From: Octopus sinensis
Lineage: Eukaryota
NCBI RefSeq assembly: GCF_006345805.1
Contig: NC_043000.1
Location: 38,750,001 to 38,814,000, forward strand
DNA: 64,000 nucleotides
Direction: 5' to 3'
Each line of letters begins with the position of its first letter. The stretch's first letter is position 1. The notes beneath the pieces are model-generated. The model was not told the origin of the DNA. It searched no databases and saw only the letters and a program-made list of their open reading frames with translations. A program made the position numbers and the translations under genes. This document shows, piece by piece, positions 1-10,790 of the stretch.

Positions 1-195
1 ACACCAACACATCATTCATTTATTTCATTTGAATGTATTTCCACGTGCAGCCGTCGACATTTACCATCTAAGGCATTTAAAACAAATATTCTATTACACG
101 TTATTATTTATGGTTCTATCTGCTTTGAGTTTCAGCGTTGAAAAATAATAATTTACTTCATATCTCTTGGAGTTTCTAAATGTTCATGATGCAAA

Positions 196-356
196 GGCGT
201 GGTTGTGTGGAAAGAAGCTTCCTTTGCAACCATATTGTTCTTGTTTCAATTCTACTGCGTGCGACCTTAGGAAGACTGGCTTCTACTATAACTACGGGCC
301 GACCAAATATATATGTGTGGATTTGGTAATCGGAAAATGAAAGAAACCTGTCGTGT
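196..356 (+). mobile_element. Degenerate tRNA-derived SINE head (family A)
   Basis: Matches the family-A consensus seen at 6053 and 31352 (GGCGTGGTTGTGTGG...GGATTTGGTAATCGGAAAATGAAAGAAACCTGTCG). Confidence 0.75.
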
Positions 357-393
357 ATGTATGTATGTATACATATATATATATAAATATATA

Positions 394-421
394 CTAGCAG
401 CTAAGCCCGGTTTCACCCGGT
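394..421 (-). mobile_element. Helitron-type 3' terminus
   Basis: Minus strand reads ACCGGGTGAAACCGGGC-TTAGCTG-CTAG|T: GC-rich subterminal hairpin, then CTAG followed by T. Internal extent is unclear. Confidence 0.55.
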
Positions 422-581
422 CAGGTTGGATGATGTGATGATGTGGCTGTAAAACCTGCTCTGTGTAAGCATTCGACTTGTTTAGGCACTCATACGTTAA
501 AAACAATTTTAGAATAACTTTTTTCTGTCAAAACGCTAAACATAACTCTCTTGAGATCATATATATATATATATATATATA

Positions 582-710
582 GTGAGAATTTACAAAGAAA
601 CAAAAGACGAAGACGGATGTGTAAACAACAAACAGATGTATTAGTTTACCGCTCAGGAAGTGAGAAAGTCATTTACGTTTCGAGGCTACGCTCTTCGATA
701 GAAAGGAACA
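582..710 (-). mobile_element. Short Penelope-tail (pLTR-like) element with degenerate hammerhead (670-705)
   Basis: Reverse complement of 3095-3227 and similar to 10597-10790. Reads CTTT-CTATCGA-A-GAG..CTC-GAAA-CGTA-AATG. The 3' end abuts (TA)n. Confidence 0.7.
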
Positions 711-711
711 C

Positions 712-715
<4 letters not shown>

Positions 716-771
<56 letters not shown>
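716..771. repeat. (AAT)n microsatellite
   Basis: Direct reading. Confidence 0.95.
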
Positions 772-773
<2 letters not shown>

Positions 774-859
774 TGACAACAAAAAATGAATGAGAACTAG
801 ATATTATGTAAAATAGAGCAATTTATAGATATAATATGTGACAATTAGTTGGTTTTCAT

Positions 860-920
860 AATAAAACTCAGAGTTTCGGATACCGGGGATGAAGTCTGCT
901 CAGGCATCTCATCAGTTGTT
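860..920 (-). ncRNA. Minimal type-I hammerhead ribozyme motif
   Basis: AACAA-CTGATGA-GATGCC[loop]GGTATC-C-GAAA-CTCTGAG-T-T|TTATT. Helix II has 6 bp, helix III is the near-palindrome ACTCTGAGT, helix I pairs 4/5. Confidence 0.7.
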
Positions 921-2334
921 AAGACAAAACCGTTGAATAAAGGGAAATTACTCCAATAGGCATGGTGAAAGTAATACTTCAGTCATAGAATCCGCATATG
1001 TACACATACACACATACATGTACGCACACTGGCGTGATTTCTCGTCATTCTAGGTTCTTATTTCATAGCAGTTCGGTACATGAGAGCGACAGAATATAAT
1101 TAGCAGGCTTCAAATAACATAAGTACTAGGGTCGATTCGTTAGACGAAAATCTTGAAGCCTGTGCTCCAGCATGGTTTCAATCTAATAAATGAACAAATT
1201 AAATGATAATACACGCTTGAAAGAACAAAGTTTCTAAAATAGATGCATACAACTGGAAGGGTTGCTTTAGTGCAATGGGTAGAACGTCTATCGTGTTTAC
1301 TGATAATAAGAGTTCGTGTTCCACAGGCAGCCTTAGAATTTTATTTCATCAAAGGGTCTTTATTTAACCCGGTATTCTGCAAGCTATTCTTCATAGCTGT
1401 ATCTAATTCGAGTTTCCCCGTTAAAAATAATTTACTTTATTTGCTTAATTATAAATTGACTGATGTATCTGTTAATGACGTATCGATTGATAATGAATGT
1501 GTTAATGAGTTATAGATTAACTTGTTCATTTAGCAAAATGATAGGTCACCTAGGTAGTCAATTTGTACCTGCGTAGCCACAGAGATAAGCTGTCAGCGAT
1601 TTTACAATACTGCATCTCTCTGCATGAATCATCAAAGAGACGAGATCAACAAGGAAAATCGATTCTGTCAGGTCTGAACACCTATTAGCAAGCCTTGATA
1701 TCTTGAAAAACAAGTAAGATGCCTGTTATTAATTTTAGAATTTTAACATGTCATATCAGATTATAATTAATTCGGGAGAGTGTTACATTTGAAACGCTTC
1801 ACATATAAGAGCTAAGACAATTCAAACAATTATTACACTTTCATCCATTACCCGCTTCTTTTTATTATGCTATGAAGTTTTAATAATCTGCATTAGAGGA
1901 CGTTGATGCCAGGAAAACGTCGACTCTACAATCATTAGTTAACGTCTATAATTTATATACATCTTATAATAACAATACCTTCTGACATTGGCAAATGGCC
2001 AGAAATTTATCGGGGGATGAATAATTTGATTCACTTGACTCACAATATGTTGCTGAAACATATTCTATGGAGCAGAGAAGATAAACAGATAAAAAGCGAC
2101 ATAGACAGGATTTGAAACAAACATGTAAAAGGATTTAACACAAAATCGCAATTTATTTTGTCCGGCAATAATTGTAGCGCTCCTGATCTAATATTTTTCT
2201 GGAAAAATCTACACAACACATATTATTATCTATTACACTCTCGTTCTAACTCTACCAAACTTATAATATTATAAGAACACCTACTCTTGACCTGACAGAA
2301 CGTGTATAGAACACACTTATTTGAGGAGATCAAG

Positions 2335-2465
2335 TAATGGACGTGTTATAGCGTTCAGTTCCACCGCGTGCCACCATGGCCGAGTGTTGTCTTCTATTAT
2401 AGCCCCGTGCCATCTAATGACTTGTTAGTGAATTTGACAGAGAGAAACTGTGCGGAAGACTATCA
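2335..2465 (+). mobile_element. Degenerate family-A SINE fragment
   Basis: GTTCAGTTCCACCGCGTGCCACCATGGCCGAGTGTTGTCTTCTATTATAGCC resembles the family-A core. Confidence 0.55.
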
Positions 2466-2619
2466 TATATATACACGTGTGTGTGTGTGTTGATGTTATA
2501 ATAAAAGTAGTTTTACATTTAAAAAAGGTATTACTCAATGATTTTTAGGCAGAGTAAGATCCGATGATAACTTTGCCGGCTAAACGCTATTCTTGTAAAT
2601 CTTGTAAATGAATAGTAAA

Positions 2620-2652
<33 letters not shown>

Positions 2653-2653
2653 T

Positions 2654-2704
<51 letters not shown>

Positions 2705-2736
2705 GTCTCTTTCTCTCTCTCTCTCTTTCTCTCTCT

Positions 2737-2769
<33 letters not shown>

Positions 2770-2820
2770 GTATATATATATATTTATACATATATATATA
2801 TATATTATATATATATATAT
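2620..2820. repeat. (CT)n + (TA)n compound microsatellite
   Basis: Direct reading. Confidence 0.95.
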
Positions 2821-2883
2821 CGTGTGTACCGTTGGCGATTTTTTTCCTCCGTCTTCCCTTCTCTGGATCTTTCCTTTTCCTAT

Positions 2884-2918
2884 GTTTCTGACGAAGAGCT
2901 CCGCACGAAACGTAAAAC
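2884..2918 (+). ncRNA. Minimal hammerhead ribozyme motif in a short (TA)n-flanked element (about 2821-3020)
   Basis: GTTT-CTGACGA-A-GAGC-TCC-GCAC-GAAA-CGT-A|AAAC. Helix I GTTT/AAAC is perfect, helix III is the ACGT palindrome, helix II has one mismatch. Confidence 0.75.
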
Positions 2919-3101
2919 CCTCCTTCTTCCCTTCCTTCCTGAGCGTCCAATAATACTATATTTGTTCCTCGTCCTCGCGTTGTTGTGTTTTCTCTTTGTG
3001 TTTTTATGTTTGGATTAACTATATATATATATATATATACACCATGATAGATCGTTAGCAACTACACACATTTTTTTCTCTCCTTGTTTTTTTCTGTCTT
3101 C

Positions 3102-3137
3102 CTTTCTGTAGAAGAGCAAAGGCTCGAAACGTAAAAG
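3102..3137 (+). ncRNA. Minimal hammerhead motif with A6U core variant
   Basis: CTTT-CTGTAGA-A-GAGC-AAAG-GCTC-GAAA-CGT-A|AAAG. Helices I and II are perfect; ACGT palindrome. Confidence 0.7.
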
Positions 3138-3227
3138 ACTTTTTCTATTCCTGAGCGTTATACTAATACATCTGTTTGTTTTGTACACCACCTGTCTTCG
3201 TCTTTTGTTGTTTTTTCGTAAATTCTC

Positions 3228-4106
3228 CATCACCACAGATATATACTATAAACACACAGACACACATCAATACCTGAATTTTAAGTCGTGCCATCCACCA
3301 CATACAAAACGCAACATCCCATACTGCCTAGCCAGAAGAATTTGTAATATTGTAGAAGGTGCAAATATAAGGAACTAACAGAACTAAGAGAATTTTTGCT
3401 CAAACAAAAATACCCATCTCTACTTATAGAAAATAGCATACAGTGGGCTATAAATATACCCATACAACAACTTAGGACAACCCAAGGAAGAGGGAAACAA
3501 GAACAAGTCATACCATTCATAGTGACACACAACCCATGTCACCAGAATATCTTCAACATTTCCAAAGCAAACCTACCATTCATTGCTCAAAGTAATGAAT
3601 TAAAAGATATAATCACGGATCGAGCTATGGTTCTTAGTAAAAGACAGCCTAAAAACTTGAAAAAATTACTAGCAAAGGCAAAATTTGACCTTAGCAACAA
3701 AGACCAAACATTCACTGTATCTAAATGCAATGATAGTCGATGTGGCACATACCATTTCATACATACCGGCCAATATATAAACACAAAAACCGACAAAATA
3801 TTCACAAACGCGAATATGAACTGCAAAAGCAGAAATTTAATTTACTGCATCAAATGCCCAAATTGTGAAGAAATATATGTAGGTTAGACGGGAAATATAC
3901 TATCAGAACGCTCACGTGTACACCACCAACAGATTAGAGACCCAGAGGTCCGTCAGATACCTTTGAGTAACCACCTAGCAACATGTGGTCGGAAAATATA
4001 TATAATATTTCCATTCTACAAATTACACAGCCCAAGTGAAATCCAGAGGAAAATCAGAGAAAATAATTTTATTGATAAATTCGAACCCATGCTAAATAAG
4101 CAATAA
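3228..4106 (+). pseudogene. Penelope-like element ORF remnant: RT thumb + Cys-rich linker + GIY-YIG endonuclease (Neptune-like)
   Basis: TTDIYYKHTDTHQYLNFKSCHP (PLE RT C-terminus), a frameshift near 3380-3396, then KCNDSRCGT...CKSRNLIYCIKCPNCEEIYVG*TGNILSERSRVH...NHL...REN..FEPMLN. Premature TAG at 3885-3887; the frame ends at TAA 4104-4106. Confidence 0.9.
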
Positions 4107-4416
4107 TAATAATACTTAGAGGTGCTACTTCTACTGCTACGACCATGACCACTAACAACAACAATACTAGAGGTGATCAAGATGAAGATAGCAGGAAAAT
4201 TATCTTATTTAGGGTTAAAAGTTCTATTGCCACCACCATCACCACTAGCAACAATGATTAAGGAGTTGACAATGATGATGATGACAATTGAAATATAAAA
4301 ATCCCTGACAAAGGCTATTTACAACATTTCTAAAAATAGCCCAACAATTGCTACCTCGACCAGGGTTAAGATACAGGACTCTTGACATGTTCAACAAAGC
4401 GTGACGCCTAAACCAA

Positions 4417-4512
4417 CCAATCAGCTTAAGTAATTGAGTGATGCTACACACTGATTGGTCAGAATACAGTTTGCAAAACCTAGCAATCTGGAGTCCACAC
4501 AGGTGTATTTAA
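4417..4512 (+). promoter_or_regulatory. Candidate Pol II promoter in the Penelope 3' pLTR
   Basis: Inverted CCAATCAG (4417-4424) and CTGATTGG (4451-4458) pair, then TATTTAA at 4506-4512, about 65 nt before the hammerhead. Confidence 0.4.
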
Positions 4513-4576
4513 GGCACAGATTTAACCATCTCGCTACTGTCAAAAATTGTGAAGCATGACTGTCACCACTACTACA

Positions 4577-4621
4577 TGAACCTGAAGATTGCAGAATTTA
4601 ATGCATGAAAGTACTAGTTCA
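4577..4621 (+). ncRNA. Hammerhead ribozyme motif in the Penelope 3' UTR/pLTR
   Basis: TGAAC-CTGAAGA-T-TGCA-GAATTTAA-TGCA-T-GAAA-GTAC-T-A|GTTCA. Helix I is a perfect 5 bp; helix III is the AGTACT palindrome. Confidence 0.8.
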
Positions 4622-5007
4622 ATCAGAATGAACATTTAACATTCTACTATTTTATTTTATTCTATTATATTATCTTATATTATATCATTATAAGATTGTA
4701 AATAAAACGTGAAAATCAGACAAGGTTAGAATTCCTTTTATTAATATATTCGTCTATACACAATCACACACACCCGTATATATATCTATATATATATATA
4801 CATATATATTTATGTGTGTATATATATATATGTACACATACACACACACACATATATATATATATATGTATGTATTTATATATATATAGCCACTGTCCAA
4901 TAACTTAAACAGGCAAAAAGAAGATACCACAGCAGCTATTTTGGCTTTATACTGCCATTTCATATTAGTAGTAAAGCTAGTAATATTACTAGTAACTGGT
5001 TTTATCC

Positions 5008-5216
5008 TTTCTACTATCTGTACAGTTCATGAATTTTGGCGGGGGTGGGGCAGTCGATTAGATTGACCCCAGTAAACAAGTAGTACTTAATTTATCGACC
5101 CCGAAAAGATAAAAAGTGAAGCCAACCTCGGCGGAATTTTAACTCGGAAGGCAGCGACGATCGAAATATCGGTAAGCATTTCGCAGGGCGTGCAAACCAT
5201 CTTGCCAGTTCGCCGT
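5008..5216 (-). mobile_element. tRNA-derived SINE family C (tail type C2)
   Basis: Reverse complement of GGCGGCGAGCTGGCAGAA...GAGTTxAAATTCCGCCGAGGTCGACTTTGCCTTTCATCCTTTCGGGGTCGATAAATTAAGTAC. Confidence 0.85.
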
Positions 5217-5270
5217 CTTACAAGTAACGACTAATAGGAGCGGTTGTTAGTTTATATTACTTGTGACTTA

Positions 5271-5480
5271 GGCGGTGAGCTGAAAGAATCGTCAACACAC
5301 CGGACAAAATGCTTAGCGGAATTTCATCCGTCTTTGCGTTGTGAGTTCAAATTCCACCGAGGTCGACTTTGCCTTTCATCCTTTCCATGCCGATAAATTA
5401 AGTAACAGTATGAAACTGAGGTTGATATAATAGACTTACGCTTCACCTGAAATTCCTGGCCTTGGGCCAAAATTTCATAC
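5271..5480 (+). mobile_element. SINE family C (C2)
   Basis: B-box-like GAGTTCAAATTCC and the conserved GAGGTCGACTTTGCCTTTCATCCTTT domain. Confidence 0.85.
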
Positions 5481-5502
5481 CATTATGACGACTTATTAGT
5501 AA

Positions 5503-5925
5503 GCCAGGGAGCTGGCAGAATCGTTAGCAAGCCGGGCGAAATGCGTAGCCGTTTTTCGTCTGCCGTTACGTTTTGAGTTCAAATTCCGCCGAGGTCGACT
5601 TTGCCTTTCATCCTTTCGGGGTCGATAAATTAAGTACCAGTTGCGCACTGGGGTCGATGTAATCGACTTAATCCGTTTGTCTGTCCTTGTTTGTCCTCTC
5701 TGTGTTTAGCCTCACGCGAGAAATAAAGAAAAAATATATTTTGTGGGTAGTAAAGAAATAGGTATTTCGTCTGCTGCTACCTTCTGCGTTCAAATTCCGC
5801 AGAGGTCGACTTTACCTTTCATTATTTCAAGATCGATAAAATAAATACCAGTTGAACACTGGGGTCGATATAATTCACTCATCCCCAACTCCACCAGGCT
5901 GCCCTTGTCGCAAAAATTTGAAATA
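5503..5925 (+). mobile_element. Dimeric SINE: full C1 monomer + 5'-truncated C2 monomer
   Basis: C1 tail TTAATCCGTTTGTCTGTCCTTGTTTGTCC...AAAGAAATAG joins TATTTCGTCTG at about 5760; same junction at 53768 on the minus strand. Confidence 0.8.
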
Positions 5926-5935
5926 ATTATTTGTA

Positions 5936-6048
5936 GGCAGCGAGCTGTCAGAATCGTTAACACGCCGGATAAAATGCATAGAGGTATTTCGTCCGTTTTC
6001 ACGTTCTGAGTTCAAATTCCGCCGAGATCAACTTTGCCTTTCATCCTT
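5936..6048 (+). mobile_element. 3'-truncated SINE family C
   Basis: Head through CATCCTT, then cut off where the family A-B copy begins at 6053. Confidence 0.8.
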
Positions 6049-6052
6049 TATA

Positions 6053-6460
6053 GGCGCAGGAGTGGCTGTGTGGTAAGTAGCTTGCTTACCAACCACATGG
6101 TTCCGGTTCAGTCCCACTGCGTGGCACCTTGGGCAAGTGTATTCTACTATAGCCACGGACCGACCAAAACTTTGTGAGTGGATTTGGTAGACGGAAACTG
6201 AAAGAAGCCTGTCGTATATATGTATATGTATATGTGTGTGTATATGTTTGTGTGTCTGTGTTTGTCACCCCCACCCCAACATCGCTTGACAACCGATGCT
6301 GGTGTGTTTACATCCCCGTAACTTAGCGGTTCGCCAAAAGTCACCTATAGAGTAAGTACTAGGCTTACAAAGAATAAGTCCTGGGGTCGATTTGTTCGAC
6401 TAAAGGCGGCGCTCCAGCATAGCTGCTGTCAAATAACTGAAACAAGTAGAAGAGTATAAG
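6053..6460 (+). mobile_element. Full composite SINE family A-B (tRNA head, CORE-like segment, internal microsatellite, tail B)
   Basis: GGCGCAGGAGTGGCTGTGTGGTAAG...GGTTCAGTCCC...ACCTTGGGCAAGTG...(TA/TG)n...GGGGTCGATTTGTTCGACTAAAGGCGGCGCTCCAGCAT...GAAACAAGTAGAAGA. Confidence 0.9.
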
Positions 6461-7769
6461 AGTAGTTATTAGTAACATTGTTTTAAGTGAAATTGTTCAT
6501 AAGATTTTGAGAATATATAGAAATAACTATGAAAGAGGAATCATTATTTTCTAGCAATTTATAACGTAAACCAAAGTTTGGCACGTTTCTAAATTATTTA
6601 TTTTTGAAATATATTCTGCCTCATAAGGAATTCATTTAACGCAGGATGTTGCAAGATTTCTTTAAGAATCTAAGACTCAATGATGGGATAAACATAGTTG
6701 CTGATATCAGTCATGGATTAGCCATTTCCTTTCAACTGTTCATGCCGTTAAATCTATATCGAAGTTAACAATCAACGAATCAATAAAACGTAATCAATAA
6801 ACAAAACAAAAAAAAAAAAGAAATGTCGTATATCCTAATATGTGTAATTAGACAGGAGAAATAAACTAAAATATCAGATCTGGCAATGAAAGAGAGATTA
6901 AGGTTTCTTCGAATCGGCAGACCAAACTAATACGCATCTAGATTACTGCTATCATTCAAAAGTCTTTTATCAATGTTAAATAATTCCAAAACTAAAGAAA
7001 ATCTATCAATCTGATAACGAATAAATAAACACATAATAAACAAATAAATTATACTGACAAACAAAATGAGTAAAAAAAACACACAAACACAAAAGAAAAC
7101 AATCAATAACTTGGAAATTACTATTAATCTGCCGTTTATCTCAGGTTGCAGAAAAATATTGGAAAATGGATCCATTGAAATGTATAAGAAGAAATAAATA
7201 GCAATATAAAATATTCAACGCGTTTTTTTCGCGAGAAATAATTTAGGAAATAAAGAATAGCTAAATAATGGTAAGGTTCTCTTGAGAAATGGGAAATTCA
7301 ATAGTGTGAAATAAAAGATAAACAAAAATTGATTTGGAAGAGGGGAAAAAGAGATTGTCTAGAATTACTTCGATTAATGCCCGTTGACGGTTGCAAAAAC
7401 CATTTTAACATATGCAAGTATACTTTTTCTAACTGTAATAAAGGACAGGACGAAAGAATTTTATTGAGTAAAAACGTTATCGAGTACGAATTTGAAGTTA
7501 TAGAATAACAACTTAAGAATTTACTTTAGTTTAAAACGTATGCAGGCAGCCTTCTTCACTTCCTCCGACACCATCGGCTTTTGGAAAGAAGCAAGATTAT
7601 ATGTGTTTTAGCGTTACAATGTAACATAAATCTTTTACTGTTTCAATGAAACATAAATACTCAACGTTAATGGAATGGAAATGGTGATTCTTCTTATTGT
7701 TGTTGAACCAGATTTCAACCCTCATAGAACACACTTCTTATCAAAGACGCTCCACTCATGATCACTCTC

Positions 7770-8151
7770 TCTTTACTATTTTACTTGTTTCAGTCATGCT
7801 GGAGCACCGCCTTTAGTTGAGCAAATCGACTCCAGGACCTATTCTTTGTAAGTCTAGTACTTATTCTATAAGTTTCTTTTGCCGAACCGCTATGTCACGG
7901 GTACGTAAACACACCAGCATCGGTTGTCAAGCGATGATGAGGGTGGGGGGCAAACACAGACACATATACACACACACATATATATATACGACGGGCTTCT
8001 TTCAGTTTCCGTCTACCAAATCCATTCACAAGGCTTTGGTCGGTCTGAGACTATAGTAGAAGACACTTGCCCAAGGTGTCACGCAGTGGGACTGAACCCG
8101 GAACCATGTGGTTCGTAAGCAAGCTACTTATCACACAGTCACTCCTATGCC
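7770..8151 (-). mobile_element. Composite SINE A-B
   Basis: Reverse complement of the 6053-6460 element. Confidence 0.9.
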
Positions 8152-8200
8152 CACCTAATTTTTTTTCTAATAGTGCATACAAAATATTCTAATATTTTCT

Positions 8201-8571
8201 AAGTGTGGCTGTGTGATAACAGGTCTGCTTCTCAACCACATGGTTCCGGGTTCAATGTCAGTGCTTGGCACCTTGGGTAAGTATCTTTTCCATAACCTCG
8301 AACCGATCAAAACCTTGTGAGTTGAAACTGAAAGAAGCTTGTCGCATGTATATATCCATTTAAATATATGTTTGTGTATCTTTCTATCTATGTTTAACTC
8401 ACCCTACTGCTTGACAACTGGTGTTTGCGTGTTTATATCCCCATAACGGTTCGGCAAAAGCGATCGATAAAATATAAATACCAGGCTTTAAAAGATTATA
8501 AGTCGTTGGGTCGATTCTTTCGACTAAAATTCTTGAAGGTGGTGCCACAGTATGGCCGCAGCCTGATGGCT

Positions 8572-8575
<4 letters not shown>
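8201..8575 (+). mobile_element. Diverged composite SINE A-B
   Basis: Head (CAACCACATGGTTCCGGGTTCAA) and tail (GGGTCGATTCTTTCGACTAAAA) are both recognisable. Confidence 0.8.
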
Positions 8576-8629
<54 letters not shown>

Positions 8630-9031
8630 GAATTAGTTGAGTTAAAGATTAAAATAGCCGTCTAATGGATGAAAGTCGCCATTACACTACCGGTATGTTA
8701 CTTATATCTAACCATGGATATACATATGCAAACATATGTTGTCCATAGGTTATGGTATGGTTACAACCATATTCAACATTACCCTTTTTCTTCTCTATGC
8801 TTTTCTCTATTTTTTCTTCACTCTGATGAAGCTCCTTGTTTCAGATCAGTTTTATTACCAAATATAATTAATAGTTTTACATATGTTGAGCATCAATGGC
8901 AATACCATATAACATTGGAAGCAGAAACAGCTGTTAAATGGGATGAGTCTATTTGCATTGAATTAACAAATAATTATTGTAATAAGTCAGTTGTTGCAAA
9001 TCAGTACTTCTTCATTTTCTGATTTCTTTAT

Positions 9032-9090
<59 letters not shown>

Positions 9091-9095
<5 letters not shown>

Positions 9096-9560
9096 TTTGG
9101 CGACAAACGTACGAGTGAAGAGAGCACAATTATAAGGTGCATTGTCGTCGTGAATAATCCACTTCTTCGCGCTCCATAGATCCGGTTACTTTCGCCAAAT
9201 GTCCATCCCCCACACGGCAGACTCTTCGAAACCTCGCAGTAGAAATCGCGATTGACAGTATGGCCCTGGGGATACATTGTCGATGCAGAATACCGCTTAT
9301 GTCGGAAAAAAAAACGATGAACATGTTCTTGACTGAGCTGCGGCTCTGTGTTGCCTTCTTCGGTCGTGGCGATGAAGGAATCATTCATGGTGACGATTGC
9401 TGCTTCGTCTTTGAAGCATGTTCCATGTCTCTGTACCAGAATTTCCACGTTTAACCCAAAATTTCACGTTGGATCTTTGTTCCAACTGCCCATCCATGAC
9501 AAAAATCGCATATGCTATAGCGTACACGTGATCACGAAAACAGAAATTTCACAACCTGCG
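9091..9560 (-). pseudogene. Mariner transposase remnant (catalytic domain)
   Basis: Frameshifted SPRPKKATQSRSSVKNMFIVFF / PQGHTVNRDFYCEV / downstream HHDNAP-like region, typical of the DD34D mariner domain. Confidence 0.85.
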
Positions 9561-10529
9561 GAGTAAACAGTACTTCAGTATCTGGTTCTTTTGGTCAAAC
9601 TATCGTATCTCCAACTTCTTCAGATGCCATGATATGAAAAATTGTCAAAGCGTAGTGCAACGGTTTTGTTATGGAATGGTGAAATCATTTCTTCGTTTTC
9701 TGAAAAAGCAACTTTTGGATTTACGAGACTTTTGCATAATAGCAACAATATGTATATGTATATATTTCCAAAACATTTAAATGGAAATCAAAACAAAAAT
9801 TGTATGTTAAACTTCCAATTTTCTAAGAAAAAGTAAATTATTTTCCATATAATCATCTTGTTTTTTTCTTTGGCGGGTGGGGGGGGAGGTGGATTGTTAT
9901 ATCTAAATTTTCCGGTCTGCTTAAAGCAACAATGACATTCAGATACAAAAATATCATCCATTATTTCTGCAATGACATTTCAAAATGTTTCTGTAATTAC
10001 TACCGTGTTTTCATGGCGGCAATTCTTCGAGTTCTTGAGATGAGAGAAAAGATGTCATCTGAAGAAATAATTGTGAGAGAAATTTGACGAACGAATTCAA
10101 TGAAAATATTATTGATACGTGAGTGACAAGGTCTGATGTATTGTCGTGGTTATACTCAATGTCACGTGACAGGATGACTTTTCTCCCGTCGTTTCTATTG
10201 AATGTTGATAATTATAATGTTAATTGCTGTCACATAGCATTGACTTGTCATAGTTTAACTAGAAGCATCGATTCGTTGCATTCAATATGAATGACACATA
10301 TAAGATAATAAAAGACACGTCATCAAATTTGTTCCAATTAACTTAATTATTGTTGGTTTGATAGGAGATGGGGGTCCCATTAATCGTCGTTCCATTCATA
10401 GTTATTTGCTGCCTATTTCACTATACACACATGAATGTGTGTGTGTGTGAGTGTGTGCGTGTGTGCGTGTCTGTGTGTGTGTGTGTTTGTGTGTGTGTTT
10501 ATTCGTACACACTGGATAGGAAAAACTGA

Positions 10530-10595
<66 letters not shown>

Positions 10596-10596
10596 G

Positions 10597-10790
10597 GGGA
10601 GTTTACAAAACAAAAAACAAAAAACGAAGACAGGTGGTGTACAAAACAAACAGATATATTAGTATAAAGCTCAGGAAAAGAAAAAGTCTTTTACGTTTCG
10701 AGCCAATGCCCTTCAACAGAAAGTGACACAGAAAAAACAAGGAGAGAAAAAAAAGGAGAAAAAAAAATAGGAGAGAAAAAAGGAGAAAAA
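10597..10790 (-). mobile_element. Short Penelope-tail element, same family as 3060-3227 and 582-710
   Basis: Reverse complement aligns by eye with 3060-3227; the 3' end abuts (TA)n. Confidence 0.8.
10688..10723 (-). ncRNA. Minimal hammerhead motif, A6U variant
   Basis: CTTT-CTGTTGA-A-GGGC-ATTG-GCTC-GAAA-CGT-A|AAAG. Confidence 0.7.
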
